64,000 nucleotides of DNA from Octopus vulgaris (lineage: Eukaryota), in NCBI GenBank assembly GCA_951406725.2, contig OX597816.1, forward strand, positions 143,220,001-143,284,000, given 5' to 3'. Both the position numbers and the translations under genes were made by a program. Positions 26,101-39,378 of this stretch are shown piece after piece; position 1 is the stretch's first letter, and every line of letters begins with the position of its first letter. The notes under the pieces were generated by a model. It was given only the letters and a program-made list of their open reading frames with translations. It had not been told where the DNA came from and ran no database searches.

Positions 26101-27796
26101 GAGAACATAAAGTGATGATGATGTCTCATGGAGTAAATGAAGCTAGCAAATATAAAGTCAGCATTCCATGGCACTTATACAGTATTGAAAAGTAAGAGCT
26201 GAAATAACACTGTATTCAAATGCAACACAATTTTCTCAAAATGATCTTCATAATATAGGGGCTGTAATTGTAGTAGAAAAGGTCATCTCACAATTTAATG
26301 CAGATGGAGAAGTAGGGAATATTTTTGTTGTTTTTCATACTTTTGAAAATAGTATTATTGAGTATTTCATTATAGAGAAGAAACAATAAAATATACTGAT
26401 TCTGTTTAGAACTTTGGGTAAAAGCTAAATCTGAATTAAAGCAATGTTGAATTTTTTGTTTTTTGGTTGAGGAAGGGTAGGGGCTGTGCCCATGGGCTAC
26501 ACGAGTACTTATAAGACTGGCAAAATGAAACAGAATGAGCTCTCTTTTTACTTTTAGAGATATAGAAAATTTAAAATGTAAGCTTTATCTTTTTTTAATA
26601 CATATGCAATTTTAACCAGACTATAAAAAGCGAAGTGATTACACTACAGCTTTTATCACTCCGTGGGCATAAAAAAAGGGAATCAATCTGACTAGTTTTT
26701 AGTATTTATAGATTGTGATCAGAGAAAGACTACCCAAGTCTTCCCACAGACAGATTAGTAGATTATAGCTATATAAAGTGTAAACAATGTAGTACTAAGC
26801 TGTATATATTAGTAAAATACATACTCTATATTTCAAATTACAAAAAAATGCTGTGCAGTACACTATGAAATAATTAGCACTACTGGAATTCCTAATTTTC
26901 TTTGCTTGAAGCCACTTATAATGTACTTAATTTAAGACCCACTAAAACTCTCTTTATTTTCTCTTGTAGCTGAATCATTTTTGCTTATCTTCAGAATTGG
27001 TATAAATTATTCTTAAATGTGTATTTGTGTTAAGATTTAGAATATGATCTTAACATACAGTGACTGTATGTTGCTAATAAAGGTAAACATTCAATCCACA
27101 TGCTTCTATATAATTTTTATATAAGAATAACTCTTATTTCCATATAATATTGAAATTCATATTCTACAGTAAATTAAAACCTCCTGAATACAATGGAAAA
27201 CAATTCAATTCTATAATTAGATGTTTAAACTTTTTCAGCTATTCTGTTGATAGGATTATAAAACACAAATTTTTATAACTTACTATATTATACATCTAAA
27301 AATAAAACTAGGGGAGTCAATTTTAATTAAAATTCTGAAAAAGTTATTACAATGTTGGATGATAAAATCTCAATTGCAGACTTGTCAGAAAGATTATAGC
27401 TATAAATTAAAAGAAATTAATCTTTTTTGTTTTTCTCTTCAAGTCATAGACAAGATTTATGTTTGAAAAAGGGAAAAGTAAAAGTAAACTCATAATAATA
27501 AGCTTTCTAGTCTCATGCATTTAATTCCAGTTCCTGGTTAGTTATATTTGCTGCTAATTCTAAGTATTTTAAGGATATACATTTAAAGACTATTATATAG
27601 CCAGAGGAAGTATTCAAACACATTTATCTAATTTACTTAAATCCAAAAGTAGATATTAACAACCAATAAATGTACATTGTTGTGATAAAAGGCTTATATA
27701 AATGTCCATTTTAATAACTGCTAGTAATTTCTGTTAAATAAAAGAGCACTATAACAAATAAAAGGGGCTTATAACAAATTAATAAATAATGCAAAA

Positions 27797-27837
<41 letters not shown>

Positions 27838-27857
27838 TGTATGTATGTATGCATGTA

Positions 27858-27895
<38 letters not shown>

Positions 27896-28178
27896 AATAA
27901 TATGTATGTGTATGTAATTCACAAACAACAGAATTCTTGGTAAAATGTTTTTAGATATACTATAAGCATTCCTTGAAAAGAGAATATTAAAAGCAGATGT
28001 TCTTAGATAGCAGTCAAATTTGTTCTGACATATTTTTTATTTTTTAATATTACACTTTCCAGTATAAGATCACAGGATGAAAAGGACAGTAATGTTAATA
28101 CAAGAATGTACATGAAAGAAAATGTAACATTTCAGTTACAAAAAAATTCTATAAGCTAATTTTTTTTCTTTTACAGAG

Positions 28179-28231
<53 letters not shown>

Positions 28232-31200
28232 TGTGTACCCACACAGACATACATACAATATTTCTTTAAAGCATAATTTAACTTACTAATAATTGAGAAT
28301 TGTTTCATCATCTATTTGTCATCTTTAACACCAAAATACTGACACCTATTTCTCCAAGTAAGAATGGGTTGAAATTTTATGTGTAAAATATATTTTCAAA
28401 TCTCAAAAATAATGATTTAGAATGCCTGCTTATGCAGATTAAACTACATGATTTCTCTGCTACAGGTAGTATTACTACAACCATCACTCACAAACAAGTA
28501 TAATTTGGCAGTATGCACCATACTTTCACTAATTGTTTTCAGTACCTATGTCATTGCAAGCAGAAATAGACATTTTCTTGGCCTTCCTGTTTCTTGATTT
28601 ACCAGAATATCCAGGATTTAGCTGGAGGAAGAGAGGGCTGCACCAGCACTCAACTGGTATTCATTTCAGCTAACTAGTCTAGAGCAACATGAAATTATGT
28701 GCTTTGCGCAAGTACACAACATGCCACCAGGAATCAAACAAATTACCTCTGATCATGGGCCCAACACCCTAAAGACTAAGTCACAGTTAGTAAGGTCATG
28801 AAATTTGTATTACAAACAAAAAAATGCTATTGTTTTTAAATGCATTATTGCTTAATTTTTATGTGAGTAGATGTAAAAGTCAACATAGCAAAGACTTAAT
28901 TAGTAACAGAAATTACAAATTCCTACACCATCTAGGAAGTAGTATTCTTTGATATGTAAAAAGGGTGTAAATAATAACTCTTTGCTATGTAATCAGAGTA
29001 AACACTCAGCACACAGGAACTGCAATGGGATCAACAAATTAACAGTGGATCTAAACTTCAGATGTTATAGATGACATGTTTAGTTAGTAGCAGAAGCACA
29101 CATGAGTGACTTGAATTGCTAACTAGATGTAGTTAATTATTTGTTAAGTATAGGTTATAGTGAAAGTATGAAAAGCTAAATCAGAAGGAAAAACTGAGTC
29201 TAGGGAACTGTTACTGTGTTAGCAAGTGTTTCACTTTACATGCAAAAGGTAGGTTATTTGAAGTATGTATACAGGGTGGTGCTACAAAGTAATGACATGA
29301 GCACTGAATGTGAAAATGATCAATTAGATGTGTAGCATTAACTTATATAGAGAGTAAGTTCATGAATGGCTGGGTAGCAAAGGCATTAACCAATTTTTGC
29401 TTGAGATTATGTTAATGAAGATATGTGATGTGAATGAACAATGCATACTGTTAGCAAAGGATTGCATGCTTGCCAGCAGAGGTCGCCTGTATATGAAAAC
29501 CCAAGAAGACCAATGGAAGGAGTGATGAGGCCAGATATAAAGCTACCAGATTTGCTTGTGATACAAGATGACACAGGATTGAGACACATGGTGATATGCC
29601 ATACTACAAAACCAACTAACACATGTCAATATGGTTAAAATAAAGATTAAAATGTGGATAATGATCATGAAAATCAAAATATTAAAAAATTAAGGTTAGA
29701 TAATTTGTCTACTACCACATGCATAGCAGTGGGCTCAATACAACATCAGATAACTTCCTTGCAGTATTTTGGTATATCTCTTTATGTTTTGAGTTCCAAT
29801 CCTACACATGCTGGTTTTGTATTTCCTCACTCTAAGGTTAATAAGTGCCGCTTAAACTATAATGCTTACATAACTGACTATACCCTTGAGAACAGTGACC
29901 CAGTGTGGCTCTGATTCAATGATAGAAATCAGTAAAAGACTAAAGTAGCATAAATTTTAAGAATTCCGATTAAAATTCTGAATGAACTGAAATTACAATT
30001 AAGAAATTTCTGCATAAAGCATCCAATAAGCATCAGCTTGTTTGTTTTATTCTGCTTAGCTCACTTTATTTTTTTCTAATCTGGCAAATTACTCCAGGCC
30101 ACAACTTATAACTTTTTCTGTATGTACTATGCTAATGAGAACTAATGGAATGAAACATATCCATAGCTGTCTCTTGCTTGCAAATAAGGATCTGATTCCC
30201 TTTGAGCATATAAATTAACTTTGAGAAAAAAAATTAGGTTTTTGAAATTATCTCCCTTCTCTTTCGGAGTTGCTAATAAATGTTTCTCTTCAAGAGGGAA
30301 TTTTCAATTAAGAAATTTTTGTATCCAACAACATCAAGTACATCATACTTTAAATTATTTATCCAAATTCATGCTATTGGTCTATTTTAATTATTTCCTT
30401 CAGTTCATTTCGTTTTTTAATTATAGTTTATAGTTGAGATGTCTATCTTCTGTGCCAAGTCACCCCCAAGCTACCTTATGGTGAATATTAAGCCATCATA
30501 TAAAGTGAAAAAAGACTTATCATTTAAGGAACTAACATAAATTATAGTTTAAATTTAAGATGACTGAATTGGAGCAAATCACGGAGCACTAGATTTGAGA
30601 TTTTAGATGCTTTGAAATCTTATTTCATAGGACTGAATTCGTTTTTATCTCAACAAAATTGATAAAATAAGTACCAGCAAGTATTGAAAATGACTCAAAT
30701 GACAAACCCCTCTTCCATACAAGAATTGTTGAAAGGGAGAGAAAAAGAGAGAGAAGTTTTTAATAGTGCTTTTCCTTTATTTTCTTACTGTAACATAGCT
30801 ACTATTGGTGAGGTAAGATAATGGATTGACTTGGTTCCATTACAGGTAATTATTTTATCAACCCAGATGGTAAAGAGAAGACAATTTGTCAGAATTGTAA
30901 GGCACCATCTTAAACAATACCATAAAACATCTACATGGTTTCTACAGCTAGATCCTTTTCCTAAGACCAACCACTTTACTGAGTGTACTAGGCACTTTTT
31001 CATAGCAGCAGCATAAATGTAACTTGCAATCAGCTAATCAGGAGTAGAGAGGGAGGTGACTTTATGCAGGATGTTGGGAGGTTAAAGCCTGATTTAGGAA
31101 CAAGAATAGGTTACATGAAGGAAGGTGGGAGTAAAAGGGGTGAAGCCAAAAAAGATATAAAGTTGGTAATGACAAGATGTCAAAATGTACCCTCAAAGTA

Positions 31201-32035
31201 CAAAGTGAATAGAAGAGAGCATGGTGACAGAAGTTCAAGGGTGGGTAGGTAAACTATTACAAGAGTGTAGGGGAGTGAGAAATTATGAAAAATAGTGGGT
31301 GATGAGAATGTAATGAATGGTGAACAAGGATGGAGTTGGGAAATCCAGTGGTAAATATTAGTGGTGGAGACAGTAATAAAAATGAGGGATGGATGTCAAT
31401 AGAAGTGGCTTAATGCAGAGGAAATGATGACTGACATTATAGAAAGGGTGATGAGCAGTAGAATAATATGGAAGATAAAGGATAATATCATCATAATATA
31501 ACATCTACTTTTCATGCTGACATGGGTTTGACAGTGGCTCTCATTAAAAACTATCATGTGTCATTGATTTCCAATATTCTGCAAGAATATGTCTGGTCAT
31601 GGGGACATCTAACCTTGTTTAGAAACAGGTGAGGGTTGGCAACAGAAAGGACATCAGGCAGTAGAAAATGTTCCACAAATAAATTCCGTTTGATCTATGC
31701 AAGCATAGAAAAATAGACGTTAATGAATATGATACCTAGGAGTAATTATTGCATTATCAACAACAGCATCACCACTACCACAACAAATATTCAAATGTCT
31801 ACATATACATACATATCTTGTGCCAACATTAACACTCACTTCAAGATTTCCTATGTCTACTTTTACCAAACATTAGTTCACCAAGTTCTTGTCAGTGAAG
31901 AAGACTATTTGCCATCATTCAACCTGATAGACAACGCATTCAAGTCACATCCTGCTGGATCGACAGGAATACTTCTGTTTACTGGATCAAAACTGATCTG
32001 AGGTTCAATAAAGGCAGTTTATCATCATCAACTAA

Positions 32036-32230
32036 GATGGCGAGCTGGCAGAACCGTTAATGCTTGGCGGCATTTCGTCCGTCTTTACATTCTGAGCTCA
32101 AATTCCGCCAAAGTTGATTTTTTGCCTTTCAACGTTTCGGGATCGATAAATTAAGTAACAGTCAAGTACTGGGATCGATGTAATCGACTAGCCTCCTCTC
32201 TCAAACTTTCAAGCCTTATGCCAAAATTTG
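32036..32230 (+). mobile_element. tRNA-derived SINE (Meta-like core)
   Basis: GGCGAGCTGGCAGAACCGTTA head; GCCTTTCAACGTTTCGGGATCGATAAATTAAGTA core. Confidence 0.7.
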
Positions 32231-32623
32231 AAATCATTATTATAAATATTAATTTTCAGGTGAAGTAAACAGGACTAGTCTTATAGGGATTATTATTTTA
32301 ATGCATGAATATATCAACAATGCTTTATGTTGTGAATGCTTTGCCTTAAAATATAGTTATCGCCTGGATTTTCTTTCCTTTTTTTTTACAGGAATATTCA
32401 ACAATTGTACAGAGTTCGATGAATGGTTCTTCTCGAAGTGTTAGGTATCCTATCTCGACATGGCACGCTAATATAACAAGCTTTGTTTCCTTAAGTCTTT
32501 GCTTTTCAACTACTGAATTGACTCTTGGCCGCTGCAGAGCATCAACTGGATGTGTCTTTCAATTCTAAATGGTATATTTAATGTACAAATTTTTCATCAA
32601 AAGTAGTTACAGATAAAACTTAC

Positions 32624-32654
32624 CTGTAGCTAACAAAACTTGGTACTGAGTCAT
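32624..32654 (-). CDS. WSC-domain protein, putative first coding exon (MTQYQVLLAT)
   Basis: ATG at 32654 with A at -3, consensus donor CAG|GTAAGT, phase 1 matching exon 2. It gives a hydrophobic N-terminus and lies at the CpG-poor/CpG-rich transition. Confidence 0.68.
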
Positions 32655-33176
32655 TATCGTCTGCAAGTAGAATTGTAACGTTAACAGGAGAGACGCTAAG
32701 TTCACGGTTAAATTTCTGGATGGTGAACATCATATCCGCAGATAATTATATTCAGTATTTTTTTTTTTTCAATTTGGTTTACTTGATGAATCATCCTGAA
32801 ATTTTTTTTTAAATCGTGAAAAAGTAACATCATGGAAAAAAAAAAAAAACAATAGCCATAATAATGTTTCAATTATTGGCACAAGGCCAAACAGCCTTTT
32901 GAGGCAGGAGGGTAAGGTCGACTTCAATACTTGACTAGTACATTAATAATCATAGTAAATCTCATGTTTATTAGCCACAAGAACTAGAACTGTTGGTTAA
33001 TGTTGACATTATTACTCGGAAGCGAAATCGAAAAAAAAAAATAGTGCAACGGGTGTAAATAAAGGTGTAGAAAACGAATCTGAAAACAAAAATGTGGGGA
33101 GAGAGGCCTTCGGAAAATTCACAAGATCCGATGTTTTTCCCACATAACTTTTAGGAAAATAGGTTTTTTAATGAAA

Positions 33177-33476
33177 TCTTTATATATAAAAGAGAAGTTG
33201 TGTGTCTGTCTCCTACGATCTAGATTCCTAACTACTCCCACATTTTGCGGTGCAGTTTAACCAAAACCGGGTATCTTATAGTCGTGATTCATATCGAGCC
33301 CTTCTGGGTATTAGCGCGCGCGTCTACGATGAGTCTACGATTTAAAAAAAAATTTACCATCATTTTTTTTTTCCATTTTTAATGCATTTTTTTGCTATTT
33401 TTTGGCTCTAACTCTCTAAAAATGCTTTATAGTTATTTCCCTTACAAACCCGAGCAACGCCGGGCGATACTGGTAG
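33177..33476 (+). mobile_element. Non-autonomous Helitron (300 bp) inserted into an older repeat
   Basis: A|TCTTTATATATAAAAG 5' end, 3' hairpin CCCGAGCAACGCCGGG then ...TGGTAG|T. Inserted between A and T with no TSD. Confidence 0.85.
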
Positions 33477-34016
33477 TTTTATATAAATGCCTTTCAAGCG
33501 TTATAAATTATGATTACCTTTTAAACGGCATGCATTACGGATGCCTAATGTACCGCAAACCCCTTATTTTCTTTCCTTCGGAAAAAGGTGGGGAGGAAAC
33601 CGGAATTATTGGAAAATGTTTTTCTATTTTTTCGATTAATGAATTACTGTGACCTAATATGCTACAAAACACTTTTTTGTCCGGAAAACGGGGGCTGTTT
33701 CTTCAAATTTTCGTTAAATTTTTACAAGCGCACCTTTATAAAAAATTTAGTGGTAACAAAGTCTGGACAGGAGAGAGAAAGAATGATACAAACTCCTTAT
33801 AAAAACGTTAGTGTTTGTGAGTGAATGAAACCAAGTATTATATTTTAAAAATATATCTTTTACAAACCTCTTTAAAAGATCACTAGTTTTCAAATGGTAT
33901 CCAATGTTTTCACTTTTCTTAATCAATATTTTCGTGCCGAAATTTTAATCGGGTAAACTAATACGTTTTAATTTTGTGTGGAGAGAGGGAGAGAGAGAGA
34001 GACATAAATATCTTTC

Positions 34017-34400
34017 ATGACGAGCTGGCAGAAACGTTAGCATGCCGGACGAAATGGTTAGCAGTATTTCGTCTGTCTTTACGTTCTGAGTTCAAATTCT
34101 GCCGGGGTCGATAAATTAAGTACCAGTTACGCACTGGAGTCGATGTAATCGACTTAATACCTTTGCCTGTCCTTGTTTGTCCCCTCTATGTTTAGCCCCT
34201 TGTGGGCAGTAAAGAAATAGCTATTTCGCCTGCCGTTACGTTCTGAGTTCAAATTCTGCCGAGGTTGACTTTGCCTTTCATCCTTTCGGTCGATTAAATA
34301 AGTACCAGTTATGCACTGGAGTCGATGTAATCGACTTATTCCCTTTGTCTGTCCTTGTTTGTCCCCTCTATGTTTAGCCACCTGTGTGCAATAAATAAAG
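34017..34400 (+). mobile_element. tRNA-derived SINE with tandemly duplicated body
   Basis: One head, then two units each containing CGTTCTGAGTTCAAATTC...AAGTACCAGTTA...GTTTAGCC. Confidence 0.85.
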
Positions 34401-35071
34401 AAATATACTTTGTGTAGCTAAACTTCCAATGGCATAGCAATGTCATAGGTCAAATGGAGCGAGTGAGTGATTTCATATGTGTGTGTGTGTGTATGTATGT
34501 GTAGATATATGTGCGTGTGTATGTGTGTATAGAAATTTTTTCAAGTAAAAAATAGACCCTAGGCTGAAAAAGGGTGGGAACCACTGGGCGAAACAATAAC
34601 ATTACATTCTTTTTTTCATAACTACGAAATGGGAGATTATAATGACGTGAAAATCTTCTACAATGACGAGGAAACCATTTCGTGTCAATTGTGCTGCTAA
34701 TATCGAAAGAAACTGACACTAAGACGTTCCGTATTTAACAATATTCCCAGTACAGGTTCCAAATTTAGAAGTGGAATGCAATTGAGACACAAGTGTTTAT
34801 CGGTGGTATTATTTGATAAATTACAATGTCGTGACATACAGTAATCTAATATAATTCTTTAAAAACACTAATAATGCCAATAAACTGTCAATTTTCTTCT
34901 TTTTTATTATAATGGAAATGACATGAAAATGAAAGTTACTAAGGCCATTAGAAAACGAGACATATCTACAAAATTCTTCGAGTTTCAAAAAAAAAGCTTC
35001 AGTGGATATCTGTTTGGCTTCTCGGTCGAAGAACCTTAAGCTGGTATTAGAGTACAAAAGTACAATCTGGT

Positions 35072-35124
35072 CCCCGCCGACGCATGTTTTTTAATGATAT
35101 TTTGCAGGGAGACGTTTCCGGAAG
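35072..35124. promoter_or_regulatory. Possible promoter motifs (GC-box-like CCCCGCC, ETS-like CCGGAAG)
   Basis: Motif match only, in non-repeat CpG-retaining DNA ~2.4 kb upstream of the WSC-gene ATG. Confidence 0.2.
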
Positions 35125-36396
35125 ATGTAGGTGATTATATTGATATTTTTTTTTATCTTCAGAAAGAACTCCATGTCTTTCAGTAACTTGTTCATGATCA
35201 TTGCACATTATAAAAAATACATCTTAAATTAAGCTGAAATTGGAAAGCACAATAAAATAAAAATAATAATCAGTTTACACTGTGTACAAGTTGAAAGTAT
35301 TCAGTACTCTTCCATAAGCTAAACGTAAACTGGGAAATTTTTTTTTTGTATTATGCCTTCAGGTTAAATGTCATATTTTTCAGGTTGTATAATGACCATG
35401 AGCAAGTTATTGAATATTTAAAAAGTTAGGAACTTCTTTTCCGAGTTTAAAAAAGAAAATTCGTGAAAAAAATGTTACCAATATAACCATCACTGGTAAT
35501 GCTCCAGCATGGCCACAGCCTTAGGGCTGAAAAGTATAAAAGAATAAAAGAATCAGCTACATCTTCGCAAACGTTTCGCTGCAAAATTTCATTTAATAAT
35601 ATGTATTCTGAAGAAACTAGGAAAATAAATTTGGTTATGCTGCGCTGAAAAAAGGCATGCTTGCCTCAGCTACTGAATGAGCCTTTATGTGATCGCCCAA
35701 TCTACTAGAAATAGCAGCCAAACCTCCCCCAAATCACCTACCGTCTTAGACAAGGACAGGACTCATTCAATATTGTAGTCCTAAATACCTCCTAAATAGA
35801 CGTGATAGTTATAGTTACAATGCTTTTTATCAAAGGCCTGCTGTCGAGTTTAACATGGGACAAATTAATAGCTTGAAATTATCCCTCTCATGAGAATAAA
35901 TCATTTGAAAAGCTTATAGAACAGATTTCTTAAGACTTGCGTTTATGTAGATAGATACCTTTGCATTCTAAATTAAAATCCCGTTGGGACAGATAAAATA
36001 AATACTCAACTACTTGAGTGGATCTAATAGGCCGTGTACCAATTTTTAGAAAATCTCAGTGTAATAGTTTGGTAATATTCCGCCAAAGTCAACTTTGTCT
36101 TTCATCTTTTCGGGGTCGATAAAATAAGTACCAGTTGAACATTGAGGCTTGGTGTAATCAGCCGAGCCCCTTCCCTGAAATTGTTGGCCTTGAACCAAAA
36201 TTAGGTAAATCCTCATCATAAACAATTTTTGCCAAGAAAACCCGAAAAAACAATTTATAGGGATAAATTTAATGAATTAATTTTTCTTAAAATCAATGGA
36301 TATCAAAAATGTTTCCATTTACTTTCAAACTGTTTGGCGAGCAATCCTGCTCTTTAGATTTTCTAAGTAAAACTTAAATTACTGTTTTATTCATAA

Positions 36397-36844
36397 AGAA
36401 GCAGAGATACCCGGTGTTGCTCGAGATTAAAATATTCTTTTTTTTTTTGTTTCAGTTATTTGACTGTGGCCATGCTGAAGCACTGCCATTAGTCGAACAG
36501 AAAGAAAGAAAAAGGACGGAAAGAAGACATAGACCGAAAGAAAGGAACTATTACAAAGGGTGAGAGAGAATATATGTAAGCAAGTGAAACAGATAATGTG
36601 AAAAAGGAGAAAATCGGTTGAAAACTGCAGTTTTTAGAGAAAAACCTGTGTAAAACATCTTTCTTTCCCCCCCCCCCCCCGATTTCTCGCTTTACACGGG
36701 AGCTCTGGATAAAAAATTGTAGTGCATGACCATCTTTGGCACATAAGAAATGTGTGTGTAAAGTTTGGATAAAATCGGTGGAAAACTGTAGAAATGTATA
36801 CATATTTCACACACAGACATCCTTTTGTTTTACATATATATAAA
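36397..36844 (-). mobile_element. Non-autonomous Helitron remnant interrupted by a SINE fragment
   Basis: Minus-strand 3' hairpin CTCGAGCAACACCGGG matches the 33177 element; 5' end TTTATATATATGTAAAA...GTCTGTGTGTG. Confidence 0.65.
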
Positions 36845-39378
36845 TTAATGCTTATTAATTCATGTTTCGGCGGAATTTTGGAAGAGCTCTCCTTTGAAGT
36901 CTCCGACGTCATTGGTAAGAAAAGGCCATTAAAGGAAAGGGGAGGGGTTAAAAAGAAAAAATTGAAAGTTTTGGAATTTTGGGAATTTTTTTTTCTTAAT
37001 CGTAATTTCCTTACAGTGAAACAAAGGAATAAAATAAGTAAAAATTATCCTTTTACTTTCCTATGAGGCATGGGACTTCGAAGGATAACTATTCCAATTT
37101 TACCATTTCTAGGATTGTCTAAACAACCAAAAACTGTGGTTCAGAACTAGTTGGGTATCATATTGTGAGTTGTGTTATTAATAACCCTTCCAAGTTCATC
37201 TTTGAACTGAATTTGAAATTGTCGGAAGTATAGGGCGAATTTCTATCTACTTACAATGATTTCAGTAGCAATAATGAACGTTTTACTTTAGTTGCTTGCA
37301 CAAGAAAGTTTTTCACACACACACAGACACACAAGTGAAAGAGAATAAGAAATAAAAAAAAAAAAAGATCGTGCCTTTCTTTAATAAGCAAAGCCCATTT
37401 CCTCAAGACTTCAGAAAAGGAGGGGGCTTATTGTTCATATAGTTAACTCTGCAATTCAGACAGAAAATTCTTAACAACACTGAAAGGTTGGTAAAACGAA
37501 TCTTTATGAAGTAAATTATTCATCAATGCAATGACGACTACTATCATCAACGTTAATAAGGAAAAACGTGTTCATGCGACAGAGATATCATGGTTGACGA
37601 ACAAGGATTATGCTAATCTTGTCTTGTGCCCGGTACATTACATTTATATTGATGAGTCATGTTAATGAGCCACAAATGATTTATGGAATATACGATATTA
37701 ATATATTTACATTATGATAATTAGCTTCAAGTTTTTACATTATAATATTGAAGCAAATTACATTATGGAAGAGTCATTTTTGCCAATTAAGAATACACAA
37801 AAACATTTACTTCTTATTAATTCTGTCTATTATAAAGTGTTGAAATGTTTCGTCGCACTCTTGCAATGCATCTCAATGACCAAATTAAAGATTCGCGGCA
37901 AAACTTTCTGGCATTTCATAATAGTATTATTTTTTAAAAATAAAAACGAAAAGTGAATACAAAAGCTCTTGTGTGTTTTTAAATTGCAAAATAACTACGT
38001 AATTGTTTCAGTTTCAAAAACATCTCAGATCAAGTAAAAGTCTGAAATTATAACAATGATTTCAACAACCCCAACACATTTTGGGGTGTCGTCCAACCAA
38101 TCAAATATACTTAGTACTTTACTTCACTGGTATTTATTTCACCGACTCAGGAAGAAATGGCTAAGTAGACTCTAGCAGGATTTGAACTCAGAACGTAAAC
38201 ACTATTCTGTTTCTGAAACGCTTTGCCCTCTATTTACATTTGTCTTAAGGTGAATTCTCCGTCGATCTCGGTAATGGGCATTCATTTATAACCGATTTTC
38301 TGCACGGAATGAACATGTAAGCTGACTAGTATATGGAGGGGTTTCGCGGGTTTTACGGTCAGATTTCATTTTGGTTTTTGTGCTTGCGCTCAAAATAATG
38401 TATGCACGAACATATTTATCTATCGCTTTCAGTCGTGACTTTTTTTTTATTATAAAGAAATCAGAAAAATTTTCAAATTAGTATCTACAAAACTTTTCAT
38501 CCGGAACCAAAAAAAAAAAAAAAGATATAAATCGAACTGTTAAGTAATTGCTTTGAAAATGTTCGTCTTGCACTATAGTCCTAATTTTTCATTTGAGCGC
38601 TGAGATTCATGACAATTAACGTTAAACTGGCTTCCGCCCTGTACTTTGTATTCTAATTGTTATTAAGGTACAAGACCAGCAACTTAACAGGTATTTTATT
38701 TTATCGACTCCAAAAGTATGAAAGACAAAGTTGACCTTGGCGGTATTTGAACTTTGAACGTAAAGACCTAGAAGAAATTCTGCAAGACATTATTTTCTGA
38801 CGCCATATCTGTAGTTTATTGTTATATTATTATTATAAAACAATAAACTACATTTATGAGATTTGTCCGTTTGGGTGGGTGTAGGAAGTTTTAGACACTA
38901 TACTGATAGATTATACTAAATTATATTCTGTTAGAAACTATCAATGTTTTGTAGGAATGATACATAAATTGAATTGATGAATTGTTATAAATTGCATGCT
39001 GGAAATTGAAGTGTTTCTTGATAAAAAGATTATCTTGATGGATTACAACCAGGCCGTGAACCAATTTCTGCAGTAATCAATAAGAATTATTTTTTGAACG
39101 GACTCCAATTGCCTTGATAAAACGAGGTTTTAACCATTTAATTTTAGATTTACAAGAATTACATTTTTTTTTTCTCACTAGGAAGAAGGCCAAGTCCTGT
39201 AGAAAAGAAAGTTATTGTCGATTTAATCTACTTCAGTTTATTAGAGGAATTCGGTTTATGCCCCTGCAGGAATGAAAAGGTAAAATAAACCTTGTGTGAT
39301 CTAAATTCACACCATAGAAGGGCGGAGTTGTTTCACTTATACTGAGCATTTTAGTTTGGTATTACAATTACAAAGTGG

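Larger units (their letters stand above)
10370..32654 (-). other. Spliced host gene model (5' part): secreted or cell-surface WSC-domain protein, five coding exons, 3' end not located
   Basis: Joined exons (31+33+123+139+131 nt) read MTQYQVLLATAVYIQYVLVNSEKWKQCTAPQSTNTLRGFINKTMRCYAYFQSISKRMSLYADADYLGCFETFEEKFSFYNIYNSQELTLEDCILKCQSYNILYAGVRNGNQCYCTPNNSHIKQVEEKKCSKECPTDFRFYCGGKKAMQIYRS with no stops. Every donor is GTAAGT and every acceptor is AG. Confidence 0.85.
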
